DNA of 64,000 nucleotides from Yuukianura sp. NJ FZ-2021 (taxonomy: Eukaryota): positions 1,984,001 to 2,048,000 of the forward strand of contig CM102286.1 in the NCBI GenBank assembly GCA_046563655.1, written 5' to 3'. Position 1 is the stretch's first letter; each line of letters opens with the position of its first letter. This document shows, piece by piece, positions 48,247 through 60,022 of this stretch. The notes under the pieces were generated by a model, which was given only the letters and a program-made list of their open reading frames with translations, was not told the origin of the DNA and searched no databases. Made by a program: the position numbers and the translations under genes.

Positions 48247-49661
48247 ATGGAGCATATGCTTCCAAGTCCAAGTTTTAACATCCCCAGTATTGGGACACCT
48301 CTGCATCAGCCGGAAGAAGACCTCATTTTACCGCATGCACAGCATCAGCAGAATATTGGGCTGGGCGGCCATCATGGAATCGGTCATGCATCTCCGTCCA
48401 TGGGATTGGGACTTGGCGGAGGCATTCCCTCTTTTTCGTCTGGGTTGACTCCTCATCCCCACTCGGGGTTGACTCCAGCTCATTCTGGTATGACACCGCA
48501 TTCTGGGCTGACACCAGCACATTCAGGATTGACCCCGCATTCAGGCCTCACACCTATGCCTCACTCCGGACTAACTCCTCATTCTGGATTAACTCCACAC
48601 AGTCTAATGCAACCTCAAACTCCAGTAAGTCATGTCTCCATATCTCCTGTATATGTTGAAGTTTAACTGGCCCTAAACTTTTTGCTGTCGTTTTAGCAAA
48701 ATATACTGTCACCAGCCCTAGTCGGTTCTGGACCAAACATTCATCAGCCAATGAGCATCGGACAGCAAATGAGTATGGGCCAGTATGGCGGACCTCCCAC
48801 ACCAGGGGGACCGATGACACCGATGATGAGTCCCATGACTGGTGGCCCCTCATCAGCTGATCCCGGAATTGTGCCACAATTACAGTAAAGACATTACATT
48901 GTCATATACGCAACTGAATTCAACCAATGAATAACGTTTTCATGTCGATTTTTCAGAAATATCGTCTCCACAGTCAACCTCGGATGTAAACTAGATTTAA
49001 AGAAGATAGCCCTGCATGCTAGAAATGCCGAATACAATCCAAAACGTTTTGCTGCCGTTATCATGCGTATTCGTGAACCAAGGACAACAGCTCTAATCTT
49101 CAGTTCAGGAAAAATGGTCTGCACTGGAGCCAAGAGTGAAGAGGATTCCAGATTAGCAGCAAGGAAGTATGCTCGTATTGTTCAAAAGTTGGGATTTCCA
49201 GCAAAGTTCCTTGATTTTAAAATTCAAAATATGGTGGGAAGTTGCGACGTAAAGTTTCCAATTCGACTGGAAGGATTAGTTCTTACACATAGTCAGTTCA
49301 GCAGGTAATTACTAATTAACTACAATTAGTAATTAATTAATCAATTACTAATTAATACGGATGCTAATCAGGTTCATTTCAACTAAACTCTGTTTTGCTT
49401 CTTTTCAGCTACGAACCAGAACTTTTTCCCGGTCTAATTTACCGCATGGTCAAACCCAGAATTGTGCTCCTCATTTTTGTGTCTGGTAAAGTTGTACTGA
49501 CTGGTAAGTTTTTCAATTCAAAAAAGAAATTCAATTTCCAATTTCAAATGTTGACAATTGCAGAATTATCTTTTGTTCTGATAGGTGCAAAAGTACGTCA
49601 AGAAATTTACGAAGCCTTTGAGAACATCTATCCCATTCTAAAAAGTTTCAAGAAGCAATGA
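48247..49661 (+). CDS. TBP: TATA-box-binding protein, 5 coding exons
   Basis: [128 protein letters not shown]. Confidence 0.98.
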
Positions 49662-50026
49662 AGTCTTTCGACTCTAAATTCTACAAATCGTCTTTTTTGT
49701 TTCGTTTTTGTAAGTGACTGTTTAACTGACTTATTTAAGTATTATACATCAAAATTTATAGTGTAGCCAACCAAACTCAAAACCGTTTAAAAATCATAAA
49801 AGTGAGTGTGATCCCTTAAGATTGCGGTTTCAAATTTTTCGTGCTATAAGGTCATCTTCCACTAGATTTTTTGTTACCTTATACTCACAACTTTTTATAA
49901 ACTACAAGTTCAACGTTGCATTTCACGTAATAATTTACAACCCTTAGGTTTAATTGAATCAAAAATAAATTAAATGTATCACAATTGACTTTTTTGATCT
50001 TGCTAAAACTTGCTATTTTCGAATTA

Positions 50027-50415
50027 CAGAAAAACCCCTCATTTAGCAACTTTTTTTTTTGGCGAATTACGGTAAAATTCTTCTTTTTACGCAGTTTTCG
50101 AGGGAGCTAAACTTAAAACAAATGTGGTTGAGGTAAGAATTGACGACCGTAATTATTGCCGCACGGTGTAGCCATTCCAGCCATCTTGTATATGGCTACA
50201 CTTACTGGCAACATTTGTAGCCACCGTAACTTAGAAAAAAAATAATCTAAAGCGGTAACAAATGTTGCCACTTATTGCACCCACAAAGTGGCTACAATGA
50301 CGGCCGTCACGTCAAATTTTACCCAACCGCTTAAAAGATAGATCAGAGAGTTTATGGTAGGCTCGCCCGTTTACCAACCAATCAGAAGCAAGTTGCTAAA
50401 AGAGGGAGTTTTCTG
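50027..50415. mobile_element. Tc1/mariner-type MITE (TA TSD) with a second internal inverted-repeat element at about 50124-50332
   Basis: TA|CAGAAAAACCCCTCATTTAGCAACTT versus AAGTTGCTAAAAGAGGGAGTTTTCTG|TA (3 mismatches); inner GGTTGAGGTAAGAATTGACG versus CGTCAAATTTTACCCAACC. Confidence 0.75.
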
Positions 50416-50645
50416 TACTACTAAGGTAATTTAGGAAATAAGCTTTACAATTATTAATATTGATAATTTACAATAATTGTAAATTATCAATATTAATATT
50501 AATATTATTGTAGCTAGTAAACAGATTGTTGTTACTCCTATTAGGTTAATATGTAACTTGGCTTCTACAATAATCGACGTTTCAGGTCAAGGTCATTGAC
50601 CCGTCAATCTGGGAGGTCAAGGCCATTGACCCGTGAATCTTGAAG

Positions 50646-52833
50646 TTACAGTTCTCCAGCAGCACTTAGCCGTTGTTTCTTCTGACTTGTTTCTTTTTCT
50701 TCTCGGATTTGCTTAGTTTCTTCTTTGGTTTCTGCGTCGCTTGTGACAATTACCAAGTCACTTTTTTCTTGTAGCTTTTTTAACTTTGTTGGAGGTGGAG
50801 GTCTATGTGCCGTAATAAATTCAGAGGCATCGATAAGTCCGTAGTCACTTGTAGCCGAGGATAAGAGGCTACAAAAGAGTCCTGACTCTACAGTCAAAGT
50901 GTACTCACAAGTTTTAGGCTCTAGGAGATACAGAGACACGGCAGAAGGATTAGGATGTTCGACACAACGAAGTTTCACTTCGACACTGCGCGGTTCCCCA
51001 GTGGCATCACAGGAAGCTCCACCGCTGTAGTAGTGGTAAACAGTTCGCTTGAGGGTGGTCAACGGTGGCTTTTTGTGTGGATTTTGGTCCAGGTATTCCT
51101 TGTGTTTCTCAACGTCCCACTTCCCTAACATAATTTGGGTTCTACTGCCGCCAGGTTGCTCTTCATGGTACTGCAGGACATGCTTCCCGTAGCAGAATTC
51201 AAATTTCCACCAATGAGAACCCTGGAATAAAATATTGGAGACTATGCAGTAGCGGAATTACATGTTCTCATTAGTATACAGATTGAGAGTGTGACGATTA
51301 ATTAGCAGTTTAAGCTGAATTGATTTTTTAAGTTTACCCCCGTGAGACATTCCTTTCCTTCCAGAAATGCTGCCAAGAAAGCATTGTCGTAAACAGGCGG
51401 GAGCCCAGAAGTGACTGGCGTCATTGTTATTTTGGCCTTGGACAGAACTTCGTCTTCCTCAGAAAAGTATTTCTTTTCACTTTTAATTTTTGATTCCAGA
51501 AGAGACTCAAGGTTTTGCTGTAATTTTTTGAAAATTATGAACAGTAATCCCTTTAATCCGGAATTGGACTGCTTACCAATAAGTTTTCATGCTTAATTTT
51601 GAAGCTTTCGTTGTCCAGTTCAGAAAGAGCTTTAGGGGTTTGCGGTGAATTGTCGGTGGAGTAACAGTTGATAACTTGGTCTCCAACATCCTTAGACCTA
51701 AAAAAGGCAAACTCGTTTAAAGGTAGCAGAAAAATCATTTGTACTGTTCGAAAAGTGTTGGTTCTTACTTGAAGAATGGATGCTGGCAGAGAAGCGGAGA
51801 CAGGACGACAATTTCGTATTCACAAGTTGACACTTCTTCTAACGAATGCAGTTCGTGCTTCCCCCTGGGATCACAGACGTACAGAACGCGAGTATTCCTA
51901 GGTTCACCGTTGAGATCACACATCGTACCGTCACTCATATTCAACTGCAAAGCAGGCATATTCACACCATCGATCTTCTTCACAGGAAGATTTGCTTCGT
52001 ACTCAGGATTCGCAAACTCTTTCTCGAATTGTATACCTATTGATTCATGAACAAAAATATAAGGTTTAAAGTTTCGTAGGATTAATGTTAGTTTGGAATT
52101 GGTTGATAGTTTGAACATACGAGCTGTATTTAGATCCTCTTTGTCCCATCGCCCAAGGTAGTACTCCTGTAGTTTAACTTTCTTGCCATCTCGATCCTCA
52201 TGATATTGCCGGATGTATTTCCCATGACATAACTCATAAGCCCAAAACGTCTCCAACTAAAAAGATCCAGGATAACTGTTGAATGGGTGGGATGACAGTA
52301 AAAGTTCGATATCCAGCAAGGCTAGGTTGACAAAAGTTCTCTACCTTGAACGTACATACGAATTGACTGAACAAAGGGGAAATCAGTTCAAATGGATTGG
52401 GTCCAGTGTAGCTATTCTTGTCTTCCTGAAAGAGAAAACATCTTAAATGTGAATGAATTCATCTAATTAAAAGCCAAGATTCATTTTGTTTCAGGCAAAG
52501 TTCTGCTGTACCATGGACGAATCTTGTGGCTTAGGTAAAACGCATTTGTATTTTTCATTCCTAGCAGATGTCATTGATACTGTCACCAACTTTTCGTCCT
52601 AAAAATAAAAATATGGTATAGTAATGACAATGAGGGAAAGTTGTTGACCGAAAATCAAGAATTTTATATAGACGGGCTGATTAGTTATTTACCACAAGAG
52701 TATCTTCCAATAAGTTCCCAGCCCAGTTAATTTTATGGAGAACATTGTCATCGATTGACTCATAGAAACTGGCCGATACGTAAAGCACAAACCCGAATAC
52801 AAGCCAATACTTTCCAACTCCGATTGAAGTCAT
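50646..52833 (-). CDS. ERLEC1: Endoplasmic reticulum lectin 1 (XTP3-B/erlectin), two MRH/PRKCSH domains, multi-exon
   Basis: Signal peptide MTSIGVGKYWLVFGFVLYVSA; ETFWAYELCHGKYIRQYHE, GTMCDLNGEPRNTRVLYVC, EEVSTCEYE; second domain WWKFEFCYGKHVLQYHE, GASCDATGEPRSVEVKLRC, EPKTCEY. Confidence 0.93.
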
Positions 52834-53508
52834 TGATAGATGGCTTTCCTTCCTGAATCCTGATAATTTCTGTAAAAGCGAAAACGAATAAATTAAACTG
52901 ACTGTAAAACTTTCGCTTTAAGCAATATGGAATACCACTGACCTCGTACACTTATGTTTTAACTTTATTTGTGTTTCAGTGGTCTATGAATTTTTTTTGA
53001 CAGACTTCCAATAAATTCAACCAGAAAGAAGAAAGTAATAAAACTTTAAACTCAAAGCACTAAAGTGGGAGTGCGCCTAATTTCCGGAAACTAGGTATGG
53101 AGAAAAAGGACTGATGCGAGGGGTTTGTACCAGCTAACCAACGAATTAGTAGCAATAACCTTATCATTAACAGCATCATTGATGTTTTCATTATTTCTTT
53201 ATATTTTATAAACTTGAAATTTTTCGATACACACAACCATGCTTATCCTTCTTCGCAATCGCAAGCTTTGTTTTTGTTGCCAGATTGTCATCGGATATCT
53301 ACATTCTATTCCGGGGAATAGGGAGATACCATGGTTAAACTTTTTTTTTTGCATTTACAATAATCTTGAAGAATTTTGATGATTTCGCGGATTATATTTG
53401 TGGGAGTTCTTCATTAGTTCCACGCAGGGTCACATGATGCGACATACTCACTCTGTTGCCCCACGAAGCATGCCAATCGGCCAATCACAGACAGTAAACA
53501 AGGGATCT

Positions 53509-53772
53509 GACTAAAAGTAGGATCTCGGATTCTACTGATTTGTATGAGGGCATACAAACTAAACTGTTATGTTGGACTCGAATTTTTAAAAGTCACATCT
53601 GAACAGTCGCCCGCGTCTAGACTCCACCAGCGTGAGGTTATACTTCAATGGTTACGTTTGCTAAGGTTTTTTCTTCTAAAGTAAACTTCAACTCTTAGGT
53701 TTTTACCGTCCGAAGAATGACAGTATGTACCCCTCATACAAATCCGAGGAATCCGCGATCCGACTTTTAGCC
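53509..53772. mobile_element. MITE-like element with about 47-bp TIRs; its right about 125 bp is duplicated at 53807-53866 plus 54273-54338
   Basis: GACTAAAAGTAGGATCTCGGATTCTACTGATTTGTATGAGGGCATACA is inverted to TGTACCCCTCATACAAATCCGAGGAATCCGCGATCCGACTTTTAGCC. No TSD recognised. Confidence 0.7.
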
Positions 53773-53866
53773 AGCCCCGGGGACACACATCTCTCTTTAT
53801 GTAGATGATGGTTACGTTTGCTAAGGTTTTTTCTTCTAAAGTAAACTTCAACTCTTAGGTTTTTAC

Positions 53867-54264
53867 CAGTGTTGGTGGACGCTTAAACGTCCAGTGGCTT
53901 AATTGCCACTTCCAGTGGATATCCACTGGAAGAAACGCACCCCAAATGGACGAAACTAAAAGTGGATGGAAGAAATCACAAATTTTGCGCGAAATTCAAA
54001 TCAATTCAAATTTAAATTTACGAAATGATATCAGAAAACTTTACTTTCGCGATTATAGTTAATATATTATTTAAAACGTATTTAAAAAGAATATATACAT
54101 AGTTTTTGAACTGTGTTTTCACGTTTTTTAGTTGTTTGTAGTCAATTAATTCAAATTCAGAGGGTAAAGCTCCGCCCCTTTGGATTCATCCATTTCGTCC
54201 ATTTCTTCCACTGGATATCCAGCCGTGGATGAAATGCCGAAAAAGTGGATATCCACCAACACTG
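53867..54264. mobile_element. hAT-type MITE
   Basis: TIR CAGTGTTGGTGGA...TCCACCAACACTG; 8-bp TSD GTTTTTAC at 53859-53866 and 54265-54272; subterminal CCAGTGGA/TCCACTGG motifs. Confidence 0.9.
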
Positions 54265-54510
54265 GTTTTTACCAAGCGAAGAATGACAGTATGTACCCCT
54301 CATACAAATCCGAGGAATCCGCGATCCGACTTTTAGCCGGACCTGGAAGCAGATGACAGACGGAGGGATTTCATTGTTAGCTTTTTGAGTTTGTTTTCTC
54401 GATTAACCGTTGAGTGTTGATATGAATTGAGTTGATTTTTGGTTTACAATTGGTTGAACTATCTAAACTACGAATTGATTGCGAACGGGCCGAAGCCGAA
54501 TTTGAGAATA

Positions 54511-56618
54511 ATGTCCGAAAACAGAAGACGTCGTAGTTCGGTATAAATCATCAAGGAATCTGATTTCATTTTTAACTTTGTACTACTTTGTACTTACATA
54601 GTGATTAGATTACTGAGTATTCCTAGTCCGGGTAAGGCGTTTTGTATTGATGAGTGATGACTATGATTTTCATTTTAAGATTTTGAAGTCTCGGAGTTCT
54701 TTAACTGGATCTGCGCAAATTGTTGACCCGAATGTCACGCAGCACTTTGAGATCGGGACGGATATGATGGACATGGACGTAGACTCTGATAATACCACCA
54801 AAATATCCAAAATTCTCAGAAGTAAAAGAGTCAGTTTTGCTGGGACAGGAGATTCCTCTGAAGATGGGTAAGCATACTAGTCATATTTTGGCTTTTGAGG
54901 TAAATTGATTGAACAATATTCGTTTCAAGCAGGAAGAGTACTGCTAAATCTGACACTGTCGTGGAACTATGCACAACAAGATACTTCGACCCAATCGACT
55001 TGTGTACAACGGTATATCCTGATGATGGACACAATATTGTGATTCCGAACGGCCAAAGCGATGAGGCAGATTCGCAAGCGGATGCCAATCGTCTAGTTGA
55101 CAATCAACTGACGACGACGATTCTTCAAAATCAAACTATGGATCTTACATGTTACGCTATTTCGTAAGTGACATATTCCTTGAATCTTAAGTCACTTTAC
55201 ACTTGATGAGGCTTATAAAACGTTTTTAGTTTCCATTTTTAACGAAAAATTTTCTATACAGCGTGGAATCCGAAACGGATGAGCCTGTGAAAGCCAAGAT
55301 CAGCTCAAGCACAACACTGGATAGGAAAAATTCACGTTATGGTCCTTTCGCAAGTGTGAGAACTCCCTACCAGAACCGAAACAAAGTCGCAAAGCGCCAT
55401 CGACGTTATGGTGGAGGACTTCTTCCTCTGAAAATTCAAGAACTGTCGACGATTTTTTCAGAGTGCAGTGTGACAGAAAGGAGTACGCTTCCGTTGCCGC
55501 TCAAAATCAAAGGGTCAGTTTCAACAGAAGTTCCGTCTTTGTCATGCTCCGTATTCCCTCCACCGTCACTTGGGGCAAACCCTCCATTTCCAACGTCTGT
55601 ACCGCCTCATGCCAATGCTCCTGTTCCGGTCTTGACAAAGTCCCTGCCAGTGGAATCCCCTACGAGATTTGAGGCCAAGCCTCCACCATCATCACTGCAT
55701 AATGCTGTTACTGCTCCTCCTCCACTCGTTACCAATTTAGCGTTTGTGGAAGATCCACTGCCAATTTCAATTCCAGCACCACCCGCAACACTGGTACGAC
55801 ATCCACTGCCAATTTCAATTCAAGCACCGCCAGCAACACTGGTACAAGATCCACTGCCAATTTCAATTCAAGCACCGCCAGCAACACTGGTACAAGATCT
55901 ACTGCCAATTTCAATTCCAGCACCACCCGCAACACTGGTACGACATCCACTGCCAATTTCCATTCAAGCACTGCCCGCAACACTGGTAGAAGATCCACTG
56001 CCAATTTCAATTCAAGCACCGCCCGAAACGCTGTTAGAAGATCCACTGCCAATTTCAATTCAAGCACCGCCCGCAACACTGGTAGAAGATCCACTGCCAA
56101 TTTCAATTCAGGCACCGCCCGCAACACTGCTAGAAGATCCACTGCCAATTTCAATTCAAGCACCGCCCGAAACGCTGTTAGAAGATCCACTGCCAATTGC
56201 AATTCAAGCACCGCCCGCAACACTGCAGTTGCACTTGAAATCATACCCAACATCACATGACAGAGAAAGGGCCAAGTGCCTAAAAGCAATCGAAAAGGAA
56301 TTGGAAGAACCGGCTCCACCATCATCATTACACGATGTTACTCCTCTTCCAGTCATGACCAATTCAGCGTTTGTGGAAGATCCACTGCCAATTTCAATTC
56401 AAGCACCGACCGCAGCACTACAGTTTCACTTGAAATCATACCTAACTTTACATGGCAGAGAAAGGGCCAAGTGCCTAAAAGCAATCGAAAAGGAGTTGGA
56501 AGAAATGACTCCAGCAGTTCTACGGAGATTTTTGCAGTACTCGGGTTCCATTTTTCCTGAACGATGGATCCAAACGACGGAAATGTGTATCCGAGTAGCA
56601 GAGAAGATGTTCAACTAA
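54511..56618 (+). CDS. KNL1/Spc105-like protein, about 600 aa: N-terminal SILK and RVSF PP1-docking motifs, MELT-like motifs, Pro-rich tandem repeats; exons 54511-54540, 54680-54867, 54930-55163, 55262-56618
   Basis: Spliced start MSENRRRRSS|ILK, then KRVSF, then VELCT, IDLCT, TMDLT; introns are GT-AG and phase-consistent; TAA at 56616-56618. Confidence 0.7.
55746..56225 (+). repeat. Coding minisatellite, 10 x 48 bp (16 aa: VEDPLPISIQAPPATL)
   Basis: Ten consecutive in-frame units; an eleventh sits in the duplicated module at about 56316-56503. Confidence 0.93.
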
Positions 56619-56848
56619 GATATCCATCAACATTAGAGAAGCCATGACAAAGTATAATCCAATATCCAGTTAAGTGTTATGTTTATTATTCATTCTTTTG
56701 TTTACATATTTCATTTTCTATAAAATACAATGATCTGACTACTATTAACGAATTTCAATATTTCGGATCCAGAAACTTTGCTGGAGAAACTGGATGCCCA
56801 TCCGTTTCTGTCACGGTGACAAGGGAGAATGTGCATTAAGAAAATGAA

Positions 56849-57110
56849 GGCTAGGGTAATCCTGAATTGCCTTCATTGTAACCACCCACTGTAACCATCG
56901 ACACCATTTTTTTTGTATCATTGCGTCTTCTCAGTGGTCACAATGCTTGGTTACACTAGGTGGTTGCATATGTAACCGCTGGTTAGATTTTTTGAAGGTG
57001 TAAAATGGCTGTCACATTCTTATTTGTAACTACCCGGTTTAACCACTGCGTGGTAACGAAAATGTTCGCGGTGGTTACAACGGATACAATTTACGTTCGC
57101 CTCAACCGAA
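56849..57110. mobile_element. Degenerate palindromic repeat relic, resembling the inner element at 50124-50332
   Basis: Repeated TGTAACCA / TGGTTACA motifs in both orientations; CCTCAACCG end is similar to GGTTGAGG at 50126. Confidence 0.35.
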
Positions 57111-57442
57111 ATGAAAACTGAAACTATCACTTTCAAGGTTAGGGACGGGATGGACTATACTTTTTGTACTCTAGGGTTATAAAATTGTCTAAAAGCGAGG
57201 AGTTATTTCGTTAGTGCAGTTTTCCAGTTGTTAGGCACGAGTTGTTAGGGAGGTCGAAGTCTCAAACCACTCATTCGCACTGTGATAACCTCGGGATACA
57301 TGACATAAGAACACACTTTGGTAAAGTGAAGTGGACATCGGCATAAGAGCGCTAGAACTGTTTCGACTCCACCTCAGTTGCCTTCCGTCTTCGGGTCCGT
57401 TGGATTAGTGCTGTCAGTTGTTAACATTTTTCTAGAATAATC

Positions 57443-58823
57443 ATGGTAAGTAGAAATTGACATCTATGGAAATTGCTGTCGTAATGAACAATGTGATTGA
57501 TTATACTAATCTCGTATCTTTGATTTTCTTAATTCTAGAAAGAACCAATTCGTGTAGCCGTTACCGGAGCTGCCGGTCAAATTGCCTATTCCCTTCTGTA
57601 CCAATTGGCCAAGGGAGATGTGTTCGGTCAAGACCAACCACTCTACCTTCATTTGTTGGATATTCCAGTTATGATGGGAGTCCTGGATGGTGTCGTCATG
57701 GAGATCTTGGACTGTGCTCTGCCACTGATTCGTGGAGTTCTTCCCACTGCTGAGTAACATGATCATTTAAGTGTGACACAATCAAAGCAAAGCATCCTAA
57801 CTTCTGTTGATTAATTGCAGTCCAGAGGCTGCGTTTAAGGACATCGATGCTGCCTTTCTCGTTGGATCAATGCCGCGGAGGGAGGGAATGGAACGTAAAG
57901 ACCTACTCGCCGCCAACGTGACGATCTTCAAAGTTCAAGGTAAAGCGTTGGATCAGTTTGCCAAGAAGAACGTCAAGGTCCTGGTGGTCGGAAATCCAGC
58001 AAATACGAACGCTTTGATGTGTTCAAAATACGCACCATCGATTCCCAAAGAGAATTTTACTGCAATGACACGCTTGGATCAAAATCGAGCTCAGGCTCAA
58101 ATTGCTGCTCGACTGAACACTGGAGTCGAGAATGTCAGAAACGTGATCATTTGGGGCAATCACTCTGCTACTCAATATCCAGATGCCAGATTTGCTCTTG
58201 TTCACAAAGGATCAGAAGAAATTAAGCTTCTCGATACGTTTTCGGATAAGGCGTGGCTTCAAGATCAATTCGTTACGGTACTTCAGTCAACTTAACAATT
58301 TTAACAATTTGTAACAACTTTAAGAATTTTTGGGTTATTATTTTTTCAGACGGTCCAAAAACGTGGTGCTTCCGTCATCGCTGCCCGGAAAATGTCATCC
58401 GCCATGGTAAGGTTTCTTTACAAATCAGGTGACACTTGAGTGACTTACAGCTGACTTACATTTTACATGTTGTTTCCAGTCTGCTGCCAAAGCTGCTTGC
58501 GATCACATGAGAGACTGGTGGCAAGGAACTGCTCCAGGCACTTGGGTGTCTATGGGTGTCATCTCCGGTGGTCAATATGGAGCTCCACAAGACGTCGTGT
58601 TTTCGTTTCCAGTGACATGTTCAAATAAGGGATGGACCATTGTTGAGGTAATGAATTGTTGCAGATCAAGATTTTCAAGTTATCAATCATTTGTTACGAT
58701 TTCATAATTTATGTTATTTTTCAGGGGTTGGAAGTTGATGACTTCAGCAAAGGAAAACTTGAACAAACTGGTCAGGAGTTGGCTGAAGAGCGAGAAGAAG
58801 CTTTGCTCGTATGCAAAGACTAA
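57443..58823 (+). CDS. MDH1: Cytosolic malate dehydrogenase, 6 coding exons (first is ATG only)
   Basis: [105 protein letters not shown] at 58821-58823. Confidence 0.97.
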
Positions 58824-59301
58824 AAACCTCAACGTTACTGGAATATTATACTTCTATTAATCTAACTCAATCTCCAGACGACTCCTACCAGCAAGAGTCC
58901 ATCACATCAACAACAAACGGTAGATCAGAAGTAATTGAGGTGTAGTTACTTTTAGTCAACAGTGGAATTTTCCTTGTGACTCAGCTTTAGAAACTGTTCC
59001 TTCCTTATGTCTAACATATTGGCCAACATCAAACTAATATCAAAAAGTTGTACAAATATCAATCCATTTAAAAAACGACTGATGATACTGTTCGATCCAA
59101 TCCTAAATCTTACCGTGTTACATCTAGAACAACTTATTTTCATTGGTGGTTAGGCAAATGTGAAATAAATTATAGTGTTACTGGTAATGACTACTACGGT
59201 GCTACATACTTGCGCTTTTAGCGATGAGAAGCGTTTTTATTTACGAGCAGGTTGCGCTGCTCACTAATTGGTCCCGTCGAATGTTTTTTTTTTGTGTGTA
59301 A

Positions 59302-60022
59302 TTACTCCTTGAGAGCTGCTTTTTCAATGAAATTGGCCATTTTGATGTCCAGTGCCGTTATGCCCTGAGCATCGTGAGTTGCCAGTGTGATTTGTACTTT
59401 GTTGTAAACATTGAACCATTCTGGATGATGGTCCATTTTCTCAGCCAAAAGAGCCACACGCGTCATGAAACCGAATGCCTATGTGTTTGGATAACGGAAT
59501 TTTACATTTTTAAAAACTTTTTTATAACTGTAGTTTTTTAATGCAAAATTCTTACCTGATTGAAGTTTGTGAAGATAATTTCTTTGTAAATAGCATCCCT
59601 TCCGGAAGTAATTGTCCAGCCAGCCTTGAGCAGTGGTTCCAGCACCTCCTTCCTTTCGTCTTCAGTCAGTTTTGTTCGTGGTGCCTAAATCAACAAACAT
59701 TTTGATACAAATAAACCAAATATCAGAATAATACTTATAGTGTAACATTTTGAATTTATTAGCTTACCATTTTCTTGACAGTTTTGTTACAACTGGTTGT
59801 ACTGGTACTCAGGAGACGTAACAAATGACAGGACTGGAGAAGAAACTTGTCTGGACGACTGACGCTAGCGGTGGGAGTGGATGAGCTACTGAGGTCGACC
59901 GTCCTTGAACTGTTGAGATTGCGTAACCTGGATAAATGATGATTTGTTGCAGAATAAGGAGAGTCAGATGTTAGCCTTTGACAGATACGGAGTGACCTTG
60001 AAGTCAGTTGCTGGAGCAGCAT
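59302..60022 (-). CDS. PCBD: Pterin-4-alpha-carbinolamine dehydratase (PCBD/DCoH) with N-terminal presequence-like extension, 3 coding exons
   Basis: GWT...[50 protein letters not shown]....[12 protein letters not shown] at 59302-59304. Confidence 0.93.

Noticed and set aside
55729..56328. 199-aa antisense ORF (VLELKLAVD repeats)
   Set aside because: Shadow of the in-frame 48-bp coding repeat on the plus strand.
58821..58865. MDH1 stop-codon readthrough to a peroxisomal isoform, as in vertebrate MDH1x
   Set aside because: Stop is TAA-A, not TGA-CTA, and the in-frame extension ends ...LLLI with no PTS1.
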